DNA from: Candidatus Woesearchaeota archaeon
GTDB lineage: Archaea > Nanobdellota > Nanobdellia > Woesearchaeales > ARS49
Assembly: GCA_002687275.1 (NCBI GenBank)
Contig: NYZT01000011.1
Span: 8,040 to 72,039, forward strand
Direction: 5' to 3'
DNA: 64,000 nucleotides
Part shown: positions 18,184 to 27,153 of the stretch, piece after piece
Position numbering within the stretch: position 1 is the stretch's first letter
How the letters are laid out: each line of letters starts with the position of its first letter
Notes under the pieces: model-generated
Told to the model about the DNA's origin: nothing
The model's input: the letters and a program-made list of their open reading frames with translations, nothing else
The model's database searches: none
Position numbers and translations under genes: made by a program

Positions 18184-19731
18184 TTAAACGGTTTGGATGA
18201 CTTTCTGGGCGGCGTTATGGCCAGGCATGCCGGTGACGCCGCCACCAGGGTGTGCGCCAGAGCCGCCAAGGAACAATCGATCGATTGGTGTTGTGAAGTC
18301 TGCATAGCCAGGAACGGGTCGCATGGGTCCTAGGCTTGCCAGCCCCATGCCGCCATGGAAGGCATTGCCCTCGTCCAAGCCCATGATGTTTTGTAGGTCC
18401 TGCGGGCTTAGGATTTCTTTCTGCACGATGCTGTCCCTAAATCCTGGTGCGTTCTCATCAATGATGTCTATCACTCGTTCGCGATAGGCGTCTTTTCGGT
18501 CAGAGGCCTCCCAAGATAGGTACTGCGTGAAGATGTTTGCCACCCACAATCCGTTGGGTGCTAGTGTGTCATCCAGCGTGCTCGGGATGGTCATCTCGAT
18601 CATAGGGCTTGAGGACATGTCGCCATGTCTTGCCTCGTCAAACGCTACCTGCAAGTACTCCACGGTGGGTGAGATGTGGATGGTGCCTCTGAGAAAATCC
18701 TCAGGAGGGTCGCAGGTAAATTGTGGCAATGCGTTCAATACCAGATTGATCTTGGCGTTGCCGTTCTTGTAGCTTGTCCTCATGACTCTCTTTTCGTACG
18801 CTTCGTCCATCTCGCCGTCAAGCATGCGGCACATGGCTCTTGGACTAGCACAGCACACCACTGCATCAGCGGGGAGATAGCTTCCGTTTTCGAGGCGTAC
18901 TCCCTTGGCGCGCTTTCTGTCGTCAAGGACAATCTGTGCTACCGGGCTTTCTCTAAGAATGGTGAGGCCGTGCTCTTCGCCAGCGCGAGCTATGGAGTTG
19001 CTTACCTCGCCCATGCCTCCCCTGACGTAGCCCCACACGCCTGCCTTGCCGCCGGTCTCGCCCATGACGTGGTGTAAGAGTACGTAGGCGCTGCCAGGAT
19101 CTTGTGGTCCTAGCCACGCACAAATAACGGCATCTGTGGCGAGAACGCTCTTGAGCTGCTCGCTCTCAAACCATTGGTCAAGGAACTCCGAGCCGCTCAT
19201 GCCCATGAGGTCTGTAAGGGTGAATCTGTGATCCCACAATTTTCTGTTTACTACGCTGTCCCAGGCTAGCGAAGGCATGCTTTCTAGGCTGGGTGGCGGC
19301 CTGAGCATGGCGGGCTCGATAGCCCTGCCGATGGCTGCCAGGTTTGCTTCGTACGCAGGATAGGCGTCTGCATCTGCTTCAGAAAACTTGGCAATCTCGG
19401 TCCGCAACTCTGCAGGATCGCCGTGGAAGGCAAGATAGCTTCCGTCAGGGAATAGGGATAGGCCGCTAGGATTGCGTTCTAAGATTTCCAAACCGTGCCT
19501 TTCCAGCTCTAGCTCTCTCTTGATCTTTTCTGGCATGAGGCTTAGCAAGTAGGAGGCTCGAGAGGTTTTGATACCTTCCCACACTTCCTCTGTTCTTGCA
19601 GCGCCGCCAAGAATCTTGTCACGTTCTAACAGGGTGGTGTCGTAGCCTGCCCTTGCAAGGTATGCTCCGCAGACAAGACCGTTATGACCGCCACCAATGA
19701 CGACTACCTTACGCATGAGTCTAGACAACAA
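18184..19731 (-). CDS. FAD-dependent oxidoreductase (phytoene desaturase/CrtI-like family)
   Basis: N-terminal dinucleotide-binding motif VVVIGGGHNGLVCGAYLARAGYDTTLLERDKILGGAA; length 515 aa is typical of the CrtI/amine-oxidase superfamily. Confidence 0.7.
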   Translation of the reverse strand: MLSRLMRKVVVIGGGHNGLVCGAYLARAGYDTTLLERDKILGGAARTEEVWEGIKTSRASYLLSLMPEKIKRELELERHGLEILERNPSGLSLFPDGSYLAFHGDPAELRTEIAKFSEADADAYPAYEANLAAIGRAIEPAMLRPPPSLESMPSLAWDSVVNRKLWDHRFTLTDLMGMSGSEFLDQWFESEQLKSVLATDAVICAWLGPQDPGSAYVLLHHVMGETGGKAGVWGYVRGGMGEVSNSIARAGEEHGLTILRESPVAQIVLDDRKRAKGVRLENGSYLPADAVVCCASPRAMCRMLDGEMDEAYEKRVMRTSYKNGNAKINLVLNALPQFTCDPPEDFLRGTIHISPTVEYLQVAFDEARHGDMSSSPMIEMTIPSTLDDTLAPNGLWVANIFTQYLSWEASDRKDAYRERVIDIIDENAPGFRDSIVQKEILSPQDLQNIMGLDEGNAFHGGMGLASLGPMRPVPGYADFTTPIDRLFLGGSGAHPGGGVTGMPGHNAAQKVIQTV

Positions 19732-19763
19732 TCTCGACTTAAAAAGATGTTCCTTCTGAGTGG

Positions 19764-20492
19764 TTACGGTACTTTACAGAGGTCTGCGCCGAACTCGGTT
19801 GTGGGCGCAAACCACTTGTCAAAAGTCTCATGCAATCTCTTGCTGGGATCTTTTAGCTCTTCTACAGGAACTCCGTCCTTTGCCATGTCTCTGAGCTCGC
19901 ACATGATGTATGCGTGGACCTCGTCACGCACCACATTGGGATGATAGGTCTGAAAATGCATGTACTCGGTGACAGGATCGATGACTTTGGCAGGTAGGTT
20001 ATTGAGTACTTCTTCTACCTCTGCCCAGTATTCTGGATTGGTGTGCTTGAGCCCATGGGCCACCTCGTGCCTGCCGTCTGTGGCGTCAGATCGCACGCTC
20101 ACCCCGATGAGGTAGTCTTCCTTAGGGAGGTGTTGGCACATGTAGAGAAGGTCTATCTCCTCTTGAGAAAGAGGATTGAACTCGAAATTGTAGAACCTGT
20201 CAAGCGCGCTTACCGGAATGTTGAACGCTCTGAACTCTGTGGGGTAGACGAACACACCGGTTTCCTTGGCTTTGGGGTAGGCATGCATGAACCATGACCG
20301 GTACTGCTCAAACGAGAAGATCTTGCCCGCGAACTCTATGGACTCATGGTGTTCGGTAGGCCTGCAAAAGAGTGCTGCTTGGTGTTCTAACGTGCGTGTG
20401 TACACGCAATGCACGCCCTTGCACACCTCGTATAACCACATGGCAAAGAAAGTGGAGTTTTGTTTAAAAACTTGTCCAAAACCAAAAACCAT
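19764..20492 (-). CDS. hypothetical protein with HExxH motif
   Basis: HEVAHGLKH in the central region (HExxH...H); possible minimal zinc-metallopeptidase/SprT-like motif. No other recognisable features. Confidence 0.35.
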   Translation of the reverse strand: MVFGFGQVFKQNSTFFAMWLYEVCKGVHCVYTRTLEHQAALFCRPTEHHESIEFAGKIFSFEQYRSWFMHAYPKAKETGVFVYPTEFRAFNIPVSALDRFYNFEFNPLSQEEIDLLYMCQHLPKEDYLIGVSVRSDATDGRHEVAHGLKHTNPEYWAEVEEVLNNLPAKVIDPVTEYMHFQTYHPNVVRDEVHAYIMCELRDMAKDGVPVEELKDPSKRLHETFDKWFAPTTEFGADLCKVP

Positions 20493-20518
20493 TTAAACTG
20501 ATGGAAGCCAGAGGGTGT

Positions 20519-20749
20519 ATGGTTAAAAGTAGTAAACAAAGTAGCAAACGACCGGTTAACTGGATCATCTGCCTGGTAATGTCTATCCTGTTTGGCACGC
20601 TTGGCGTGGACCGCTTCATCATGGGCCATGTCGGCCTTGGCATTCTGAAGCTGATACCGGCTGGTGGCTGTGGCATTTGGTGGCTGGTTGACCTCATCCT
20701 GATCGCGACCAAGCATCCGTTCCAGGACATCGAATGGGTCGAGGACTAA
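20519..20749 (+). CDS. TM2-domain membrane protein
   Basis: NWIICLVMSILFGTLGVDRFIMGHVGLGILKLIPAGGCGIWWLVDLILI matches the TM2 domain pattern (two TM helices with a conserved (V/H)(D/R)RF and a GxxG-GIW second helix). Confidence 0.5.
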   Translation: MVKSSKQSSKRPVNWIICLVMSILFGTLGVDRFIMGHVGLGILKLIPAGGCGIWWLVDLILIATKHPFQDIEWVED

Positions 20750-21087
20750 GATTTTCGGAGTGCATAGGTTTTGCATCCCCTCGAGCCATAGTTTTTAACC
20801 TCGTGGCAATCCTTTCTTTTTTGGCGATACTTCCAACTTCTGTGGCCGCCTCGGGACCTAGGTGCGTGTTTAAGCTGATTCTTTCGCTCATCTATCGCGA
20901 TGGCTGTCCAACATCAGGGTTGTTTGCACACTGTGAGGGGCCTAGCTGTGGCATGATTAGGGGCATGGTTGAATTGCTAAACGGAAACCTCGGTGCTGCG
21001 GTGGCCCACAACCGAGCGGTCCCGTTAGTTTTCACAGCGATGCTTATAGTCTTGATTATAAATATTGTAAAGGTTGTTAGGGAATAG
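20734..21087 (+). CDS. DUF2752-like membrane protein
   Basis: CPTSGLFAHCEGPSCGMIRGMVELLNGNLGAAVAHN resembles the DUF2752 CP...G..CPxCGxTRA...G signature, flanked by TM helices. Confidence 0.4.
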   Translation: MGRGLRFSECIGFASPRAIVFNLVAILSFLAILPTSVAASGPRCVFKLILSLIYRDGCPTSGLFAHCEGPSCGMIRGMVELLNGNLGAAVAHNRAVPLVFTAMLIVLIINIVKVVRE

Positions 21088-21101
21088 CTAGTTTGGGATA
21101 T

Positions 21102-21422
21102 CTATTTTTTACCCACTTTTTCCATTTTCAAGACTTTCTTAGCTATTAAGAAGACGAGCACGGCTAGGATGGCAAAATTGAGCAGTTCTGCCACAAACGG
21201 ACCCCATTTGAACACGAACGGGCCTAGGATTAGCTTGGACTCTGCCCAGCCACCTGCAGGCACGAATGGTGTTATGATAGGCATGATGATGTTTTCCACT
21301 AGGCTCTTCATCAAGTCCTTAGAGGCCGCACCCATGACAAAGGCGAGCGCCATGCCTACGATGGCGTACTGGTTGAGAAATTCTCGGAACTCCCCATGGA
21401 TTGCGACAACGCGTTCTTTCAC
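21102..21422 (-). CDS. mscL: large-conductance mechanosensitive channel
   Basis: EFREFLNQYAIVGMALAFVMGAASKDLMKSLVENIIMPIITP parallels the MscL N-terminus (KEFREF...NVVDLAVGVIIG...IVSSLVADIIMP). No in-frame ATG near; GTG at 21422 proposed as start, with a TATA-like element about 25 nt upstream on that strand. Confidence 0.65.
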   Translation of the reverse strand: MKERVVAIHGEFREFLNQYAIVGMALAFVMGAASKDLMKSLVENIIMPIITPFVPAGGWAESKLILGPFVFKWGPFVAELLNFAILAVLVFLIAKKVLKMEKVGKK

Positions 21423-21494
21423 AAAAACCCTGCTTTCCTTGTAGTATATAATTCTATCGCAGCAATTAATAAGGCAAGAAGTATAGCTACAGAT

Positions 21495-22007
21495 ATGCAA
21501 GAGGTAGAAGTCAAGGTTTTGGATGTTGACGTCCAAGCAGTACGACAGAAGCTGGTCGACCTTGGAGCAAAACAAGTGTTTGACGGCGAGCTAGACATCA
21601 CCATTTTTGACACAGAAGATGACAGGATGAGGAAAGCAAAAAATCTTTTGCGACTACGCTCAGACGGAGAGAAAACAGTGCTCTGCCACAAAGCCCTTAT
21701 CACCAAACAAGGCGCAAAAATAATGGATGAGCACGAGGTAGAGGTCCAAGACAAGGAAAGAGCAAAACTATTCCTACAAAGCCTCGGCTTCACCAAGCAG
21801 CGAAAGCAAACAAAACACAGAACCTCTTACGTTCTAGGAGACGTACGCTTTGAGCTCGACACCCTTCCAGGCATCCCAACGTTTCTTGAGATAGAAGCTA
21901 AAGACGTGGAAACCCTACAAAAAGCGGTGGCACGGTTAGGCTACACTTCCCAGGATACAAAACCTTGGTCAGGTAAGGACGTTCTTGATCACTACGCGAA
22001 GGTTTAA
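21495..22007 (+). CDS. CYTH-domain protein (CyaB/ThTPase-like triphosphate tunnel metalloenzyme)
   Basis: N-terminal ExExK signature (MQEVEVKVLDVD) and the typical later acidic motifs (FLEIEAKD...). About 170 aa from the internal ATG. Confidence 0.6.
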   Translation: MQEVEVKVLDVDVQAVRQKLVDLGAKQVFDGELDITIFDTEDDRMRKAKNLLRLRSDGEKTVLCHKALITKQGAKIMDEHEVEVQDKERAKLFLQSLGFTKQRKQTKHRTSYVLGDVRFELDTLPGIPTFLEIEAKDVETLQKAVARLGYTSQDTKPWSGKDVLDHYAKV

Positions 22008-22031
22008 AAGAACCTCCTAACTATATGTTCT

Positions 22032-22316
22032 ATGGCTCTCACAGATATAAGCAACCTTGTCATTGGTGCGGTGGACGCTAGTGTTGACTTGCCCTGGCCT
22101 GCCAATGTTGGTGGAATAATTGCGAATGCGTGGTACTGGAAGTATGATTTTGCTGAAAAGTACGCGACGGAAGGTCATGAGACAGCGGATAATGATCCTG
22201 TATTGAAAACCTGGGACGAACGAGGTTATGTGGGCCTTATTTGGGGTCCTGTGGCGGCACTGGCAGAGCAGGGCGGTGCATGGTTGCTCATGCGGGCCAT
22301 CATGGAACTTTCTTAG
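22032..22316 (+). CDS. hypothetical small protein (uncertain)
   Basis: 94-aa ORF; competes with a minus-strand ORF of low complexity; no motif. Confidence 0.2.
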   Translation: MALTDISNLVIGAVDASVDLPWPANVGGIIANAWYWKYDFAEKYATEGHETADNDPVLKTWDERGYVGLIWGPVAALAEQGGAWLLMRAIMELS

Positions 22317-22651
22317 GGCAAAATTAATAAGTTTCAAGACTCTTCCCGTCCTATGTTGCAGCAAGCAAACGTGAACGCGATGGTATTTCTTTCTTACTTG
22401 TGGCAGCAGCAATCCATAACTGCGGAACACCCTTCACTTCAAGACGCGTATGCCAAGGGAGCACACCACTTTGGGCGAGCCGCGGAGTGCGCAGAAAGGG
22501 GGTACGAATTTGGCATGCAACAAGAGTCATGGTTTGCGTATTTTGGACTGAAACAAGCACGGAGAGGTATACGTATTGACCGCATAGGTAAGATCTTACA
22601 GACGATATCCAGTCGAAACATATTTAAAAGAGCACATTTTCCTCGACGGTA

Positions 22652-23146
22652 ATGGTTGACATCCAGCTACAGGCATATATTGATGAGGTGCGAAGCCAGG
22701 GTCACAAGGAAGACGAACTGCGTGCTCACCTTCTAGAACACGGCTATGACGCCAAAGCAGTGGATGAGGCACTAGGCCCAGGACCTGCAGCACCGCCAAC
22801 AACCGCACATCCACCTCTACCCGCGATGGAGGGTGGTTTCAAGCACAGAAACCCTGCGCTAGTCTTACTCTTTAGCATTATCACTGCAGGCATCTACTCC
22901 ATCTACTGGCTGGCCTCGACAACACACGAACTCAAGACGCAGACAGAGCTCGCACCCAGTCCGTACCTATTGATCCTGTTCGTGATTCCATTCGTGAACA
23001 TCATTGCATTAATCGTGTACTTTTGGAAGTACGGCAAGGCACTGCACGAGGTCACTGGTTTTAGTGCCATAGGCATGCTGGTGCTGATGCTCTTTGTCTT
23101 CCCAGTAGGACAGGTGCTAGCACAAGTGCAGTTGAACAAGCACTAG
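22652..23146 (+). CDS. DUF4234-like membrane protein
   Basis: FKHRNPALVLLFSIITAGIYSIYWLASTTHELK resembles the DUF4234 core (RnpvvalLLsiiTcGIYgiYW). Preceded by a soluble N-terminal domain. Confidence 0.45.
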   Translation: MVDIQLQAYIDEVRSQGHKEDELRAHLLEHGYDAKAVDEALGPGPAAPPTTAHPPLPAMEGGFKHRNPALVLLFSIITAGIYSIYWLASTTHELKTQTELAPSPYLLILFVIPFVNIIALIVYFWKYGKALHEVTGFSAIGMLVLMLFVFPVGQVLAQVQLNKH

Positions 23147-23164
23147 CGCATCCTTTTATACTTC

Positions 23165-23500
23165 TTGAGACTAAACCTACCTATGATAACTTGTCTAGAC
23201 CGCGCAAGAGAGTTAGTGGGTCAATACGTCCGTGTCATATCTCAACGTAATAGTGCTTTGAATGCTGGAGGAAATGCCTATCCCGCACCGCAAGCAAGAG
23301 AACAGTTTGACCTCGGAAATGCCAAGTTGGATGACGAAGAGATGGTGGGTATTGTGTGGGTGAAGCCACCTCCGGAAGGTCTACCACGTCCAGACTGCCA
23401 TGAAGAGTTGAACATTTTCTACGTTGCGCGCCCAGAACCTAAGAGGCTGAAAGCGCACACGCCGTTTAGCGCTCCCTCTGCGCACCCGTCAAGAGAATAA
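23165..23500 (+). CDS. hypothetical protein
   Basis: 111-aa ORF; no motif. Confidence 0.3.
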   Translation: MRLNLPMITCLDRARELVGQYVRVISQRNSALNAGGNAYPAPQAREQFDLGNAKLDDEEMVGIVWVKPPPEGLPRPDCHEELNIFYVARPEPKRLKAHTPFSAPSAHPSRE

Positions 23501-24277
23501 CTACTGTGTGCTTCGCTTCCAGAATTCCTCAAAATACGCTTTGAACGAGTCAGCAATATGCTTGTTCACGATCTCCACCGCAATCGCCTCTGGATCTTGG
23601 AGAATGATGACGACCGTGTCTGCATACATCAGGAACATGGCAGGCGTTTGGATGTCAGAATCCATAACCTTGGTGACGCCGTCCTTGTAGCTGTTACGAT
23701 TCTTCAACGTTTTTGCATCCACCCCCTTGTTGAACAACGCGCGGAAGGTGATGCCTTCCCTAACCCTACGAATGTGGTCTTTTTTCCAGTACGCATGCTG
23801 TTCTTCTGGCTGGAAGATGGGCACGCCAAGATACACCCACTCATCACCTTTACCGAGCTTGTCGTACAAGTGCTCGTGCGCCGTTCTTATGCCTTTGAAG
23901 CCGGTGTACACAGTGGCCTGGGTCTTGGCAGCGCTGGCCTGCTTTAACAGTAGTTGTGGAATGGCTGCCTCCACCTTTTTTCTATGATCTGCAAGCGTGT
24001 TTGCTCGCTGGTCCATGTATTCTAACAACTTCGTGGGCGTTGCAGCCTGGTAGTACTTGGTTTTTTGTTTGGTGATGAAGGATACAAGACCTTTTTCCAT
24101 GAGTCTTTCAAGAATTTGGTAGATGATGGATCTGGCCACGCCAGACTTGTCCACGATGGGCCCTGTGGTCGAGGCTCCCAGCTCTAAGAGTGCAAGGTAG
24201 ACTTTTGACTCTCCATCCGTAAGATCGGCATGTTGGAGCAACGCTGTTTCCATACTATCAACAGAAGAGGATGGCAT
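23501..24277 (-). CDS. TrmB-family transcriptional regulator (paralog 2)
   Basis: N-terminal LTDGESKVYLALLELGASTTGPIVDKSGVARSIIYQILERLMEKGLV is a TrmB-type wHTH. C-terminal domain is paralogous to ORFs at 279-971 and 48113-48913. Confidence 0.65.
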   Translation of the reverse strand: MPSSSVDSMETALLQHADLTDGESKVYLALLELGASTTGPIVDKSGVARSIIYQILERLMEKGLVSFITKQKTKYYQAATPTKLLEYMDQRANTLADHRKKVEAAIPQLLLKQASAAKTQATVYTGFKGIRTAHEHLYDKLGKGDEWVYLGVPIFQPEEQHAYWKKDHIRRVREGITFRALFNKGVDAKTLKNRNSYKDGVTKVMDSDIQTPAMFLMYADTVVIILQDPEAIAVEIVNKHIADSFKAYFEEFWKRSTQ

Positions 24278-24347
24278 AAAAACCTTGCTATTGCTCTACC
24301 ACCGCTGGTGGGCGTATCATTAAATGGGCTGTTTGCCTCAATAAGAT

Positions 24348-25412
24348 ATGAAAAAAGCACTATTAGTAACACTCATACTGCTGTCCGCATGCACCATGCA
24401 TGCTGCTGTGCCATATGAACAACAACCAATAGTAATAGGCTATATCGGTCCTTTCACAGGCGACGCAGCCAGTTTTGGTCTTGTGGAACAACACGTCATG
24501 GATCTGTTGGTTGAGGACCTCAATAACAAAGGAGGCATACGGGGAAGACCGTTGAAAATAATCTACGAGGATGGAAGGTGCAATGCCAAGCATTCGGTGA
24601 CTAGCGCCAATAAACTAATTTTTGTGGACGAGGTCAAGATACTTTCAATAATCTGTAGTGAGTCGGCCCTCGCCGTAAGTCCCTTGACAGAAGAAAACCA
24701 TGTCCTTCAGTATAATGCATGGACAACGCATGCGGACATTACGAATGCTGGAGATTATGTGTTTAGAAATAGCTACTCAGACGCTGATGCCGCTAAGATT
24801 GCTGTGGGGTTGTTGGAACAACACACTAAAGTGGGCATGCTGTACGAGCAGGCGGGTTATTCTGAAGGGATTAAGAACACCGTTGCGGAGTTGCTGCCGC
24901 ACGTACTTGTTGAGGGCTATGCCTCTGACAGTTTGGACTTGCGTGCACAGATAACTAAACTTTTGGGAGGAGATGTCGAGGCAATCTTCCTCAACCCTAA
25001 CACGCCTGCTACTGGCCTAGCAGCCCTACGACAGGTGAGAGAGCTGGGTTTTGAAGGACCCATCTATGGCAACTACTTTGGTGGCTATGCTTCTTTGAGC
25101 GAGTATCCAGAAGCAAAAGGCATGCAGTATGTTGCAGATCCGCTGGTTCCCGACTCTCCATTGAAATCTGAGCTATGGCAAAGGTACCAGGATCGGTATG
25201 GCGAAGAACCAGCATTCGAGTTTGCCGCAGCAGCAAGATACGACGCAGCCATGATACTCTTCGAAGCATTACGAGAGGTTGGCGACGATCCAGACGCACT
25301 ACGCGATTGGCTGTACGCCATGCCTCCTCACACAGGCATGCTCGGCACCTACCGCTTTGACGAGAACGGCGATATTACTGGAGTGGAGCCATCTGTGAGG
25401 GTTGTGGAGTAG
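24348..25412 (+). CDS. LivK-like (Leu/Ile/Val-binding family) solute-binding lipoprotein
   Basis: Lipobox LLSACT; PIVIGYIGPFTGDAASFG...LNNKGGIRGRPLKIIYEDGRCN...V..IICSESALAVSPL matches periplasmic binding protein type I (LivK) architecture. No permease/ATPase genes adjacent. Confidence 0.65.
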   Translation: MKKALLVTLILLSACTMHAAVPYEQQPIVIGYIGPFTGDAASFGLVEQHVMDLLVEDLNNKGGIRGRPLKIIYEDGRCNAKHSVTSANKLIFVDEVKILSIICSESALAVSPLTEENHVLQYNAWTTHADITNAGDYVFRNSYSDADAAKIAVGLLEQHTKVGMLYEQAGYSEGIKNTVAELLPHVLVEGYASDSLDLRAQITKLLGGDVEAIFLNPNTPATGLAALRQVRELGFEGPIYGNYFGGYASLSEYPEAKGMQYVADPLVPDSPLKSELWQRYQDRYGEEPAFEFAAAARYDAAMILFEALREVGDDPDALRDWLYAMPPHTGMLGTYRFDENGDITGVEPSVRVVE

Positions 25413-25550
25413 TTTACTTTCGAGCCATCAACTTTCCCAGAATAAAGCACAACAGCGCAATAATCCAGAACCATAGCCAGGGGATTCGGCCCATGGCGGC
25501 CATGGTGAGGCTGGCGATGAGGAGGATGCTGGCGAGGATGGCTATTTTTT

Positions 25551-26381
25551 TCATGTGACCTTCTTGATGGCGGCGATGGCCACCTCGATCTGTTTTCCGG
25601 TAGGCTCGCGCGTGGTCAGGCTCTGCGTCCACTGTCCAGGCGTGCTCAACCAGCGAACAAACTTGTTATCGTAATGGTTAGCAGTAAACATCAAGATCTC
25701 GTAGGATATGCCGACGATGACTGGCACGAGCACGATTCTGGCTAGTATGTTATAGTACCAATGCGGCGTTCTCACGACGGCAAACACGAAGATGCTTATC
25801 AAAACGACAAACAGGAGCAAGCTGGTACCACATCTAGGATGGAAGATGTTTGATTTTTTGCAATTCTCAACGGTCAGCTTTTTCTTGCTTTCATAGCAGT
25901 TGACTGCTTTGTGCTCGGCGCCGTGATACTGGAAGACGGTCTTGATGTCTGCCCATAGGCCAATACCCAAAAGATAGGCAACGAAGATGACCAATCTGAA
26001 CACGCCGTCCCAAATGTTGAAAGCAACGGTTTTTGCTGGCGCTATGAACGTTGCTAGCCAGTAGGGTAGCAGGATAAACAGGCCCAGCCCGAGTAGAAGG
26101 GACACCATGACGGTGATGCTGGCTTCGGTGTTAGATATCTCTCCTTCATCATCTTGCTGGCCTGCGCTCCAGATCAAGGATTTCATGCCAACAACGATCA
26201 TTTCAATGAGGAACACGAACCCTCGCACTAGGGGAATCTTTAGGACGGGGTGTTTTTTTGTGACGCTAGAAACTTTTTGGTTGTGGAATATGATCTTTCC
26301 CTTTTTGCGTACGGCTGTGCTTACCTTTTCTTTGTAGCGCATCATGACGCCTTCGATGACTGCCTGTCCCCCTACTTTCAT
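25551..26381 (-). CDS. DUF1385-like membrane protein
   Basis: Start set at MKVGGQAVIEGVMMR (characteristic N-terminus as I recall it for DUF1385/COG3872); multiple TM helices follow. Confidence 0.45.
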   Translation of the reverse strand: MKVGGQAVIEGVMMRYKEKVSTAVRKKGKIIFHNQKVSSVTKKHPVLKIPLVRGFVFLIEMIVVGMKSLIWSAGQQDDEGEISNTEASITVMVSLLLGLGLFILLPYWLATFIAPAKTVAFNIWDGVFRLVIFVAYLLGIGLWADIKTVFQYHGAEHKAVNCYESKKKLTVENCKKSNIFHPRCGTSLLLFVVLISIFVFAVVRTPHWYYNILARIVLVPVIVGISYEILMFTANHYDNKFVRWLSTPGQWTQSLTTREPTGKQIEVAIAAIKKVT

Positions 26382-27103
26382 AGCTTCCACAGCCCCCAGT
26401 AGAATTCTCTGCGAGCTTGTTCTAGGTGTTCTACCGTGCCAATGTCCACCCATCTTCCGTTTAGCACCACGCTGTGTACGTCTCCTTTTCCCATTAAGTG
26501 CTTTATGAGCTCGCCAGAGTTGTCATGTCCTTGCTCGGCAAACTCGCGCACGTGCTTTAGGGCCTCTTTGGGTATATAATAAACTAACGTGCTGATGAGC
26601 GTGCTTTCTGGCTTTTCTGGTTTTTCAACAAACCGTACCACCTGGCTGTCCTTGCGGGAGACAACACCGAACCTTTTTGCTTCGTTGTCTTCCTTGACAT
26701 CATACAGTCCGATAACCACTCCTTTTGTTTTTGAGGCCATCGCTAACAGGTTTTGTAGGTTGTCCTCGAACAGGTTATCCCCGCCAATGACTAAGACGTC
26801 CTCCTCATCACCGACACAGTCCAGCCCGAGCACGCAATCCCCTACCGCGCCCTTGCGATCGTCATTCGAGACAGAGCCATCATCGATGACCTCCACCTCT
26901 TGGTGTTTTCCCCAGTCTGCAAACAACGGAAAAAAGCGGTGGTTGGTGACTGCGCATATTTTGCTCATGCCCAACCCTTTGACCTTATCAATAATATGGT
27001 CGATTATGGGTTTTCCGCCCACGTCTAAGAACGGTTTTGGCACGTGCATGGCCAGGGGATGCATTCTGGTGGCATATCCAGCAGCAAGAATGACACATCT
27101 CAT
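26378..27103 (-). CDS. sugar-phosphate nucleotidyltransferase (GlmU/RmlA N-terminal-like)
   Basis: MRCVILAAGYATRMHPLAMHVPKPFLDVGGKPIIDHIIDKV is the G-x-G-T-R nucleotidyltransferase signature. Confidence 0.65.
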   Translation of the reverse strand: MRCVILAAGYATRMHPLAMHVPKPFLDVGGKPIIDHIIDKVKGLGMSKICAVTNHRFFPLFADWGKHQEVEVIDDGSVSNDDRKGAVGDCVLGLDCVGDEEDVLVIGGDNLFEDNLQNLLAMASKTKGVVIGLYDVKEDNEAKRFGVVSRKDSQVVRFVEKPEKPESTLISTLVYYIPKEALKHVREFAEQGHDNSGELIKHLMGKGDVHSVVLNGRWVDIGTVEHLEQARREFYWGLWKL

Positions 27104-27153
27104 ACCTCCTAAAAACGAACAAGCTTTTTAAATACTTTCACGATTCCAGTTCT

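Noticed and set aside
24278-24347. Palindrome ccacc-gct-ggtgg in the TrmB/SBP divergent intergenic region
   Set aside because: It is only a 5-bp arm palindrome and is not shared with the paralogous intergenic region at 48058-48112, which is too weak to call an operator.
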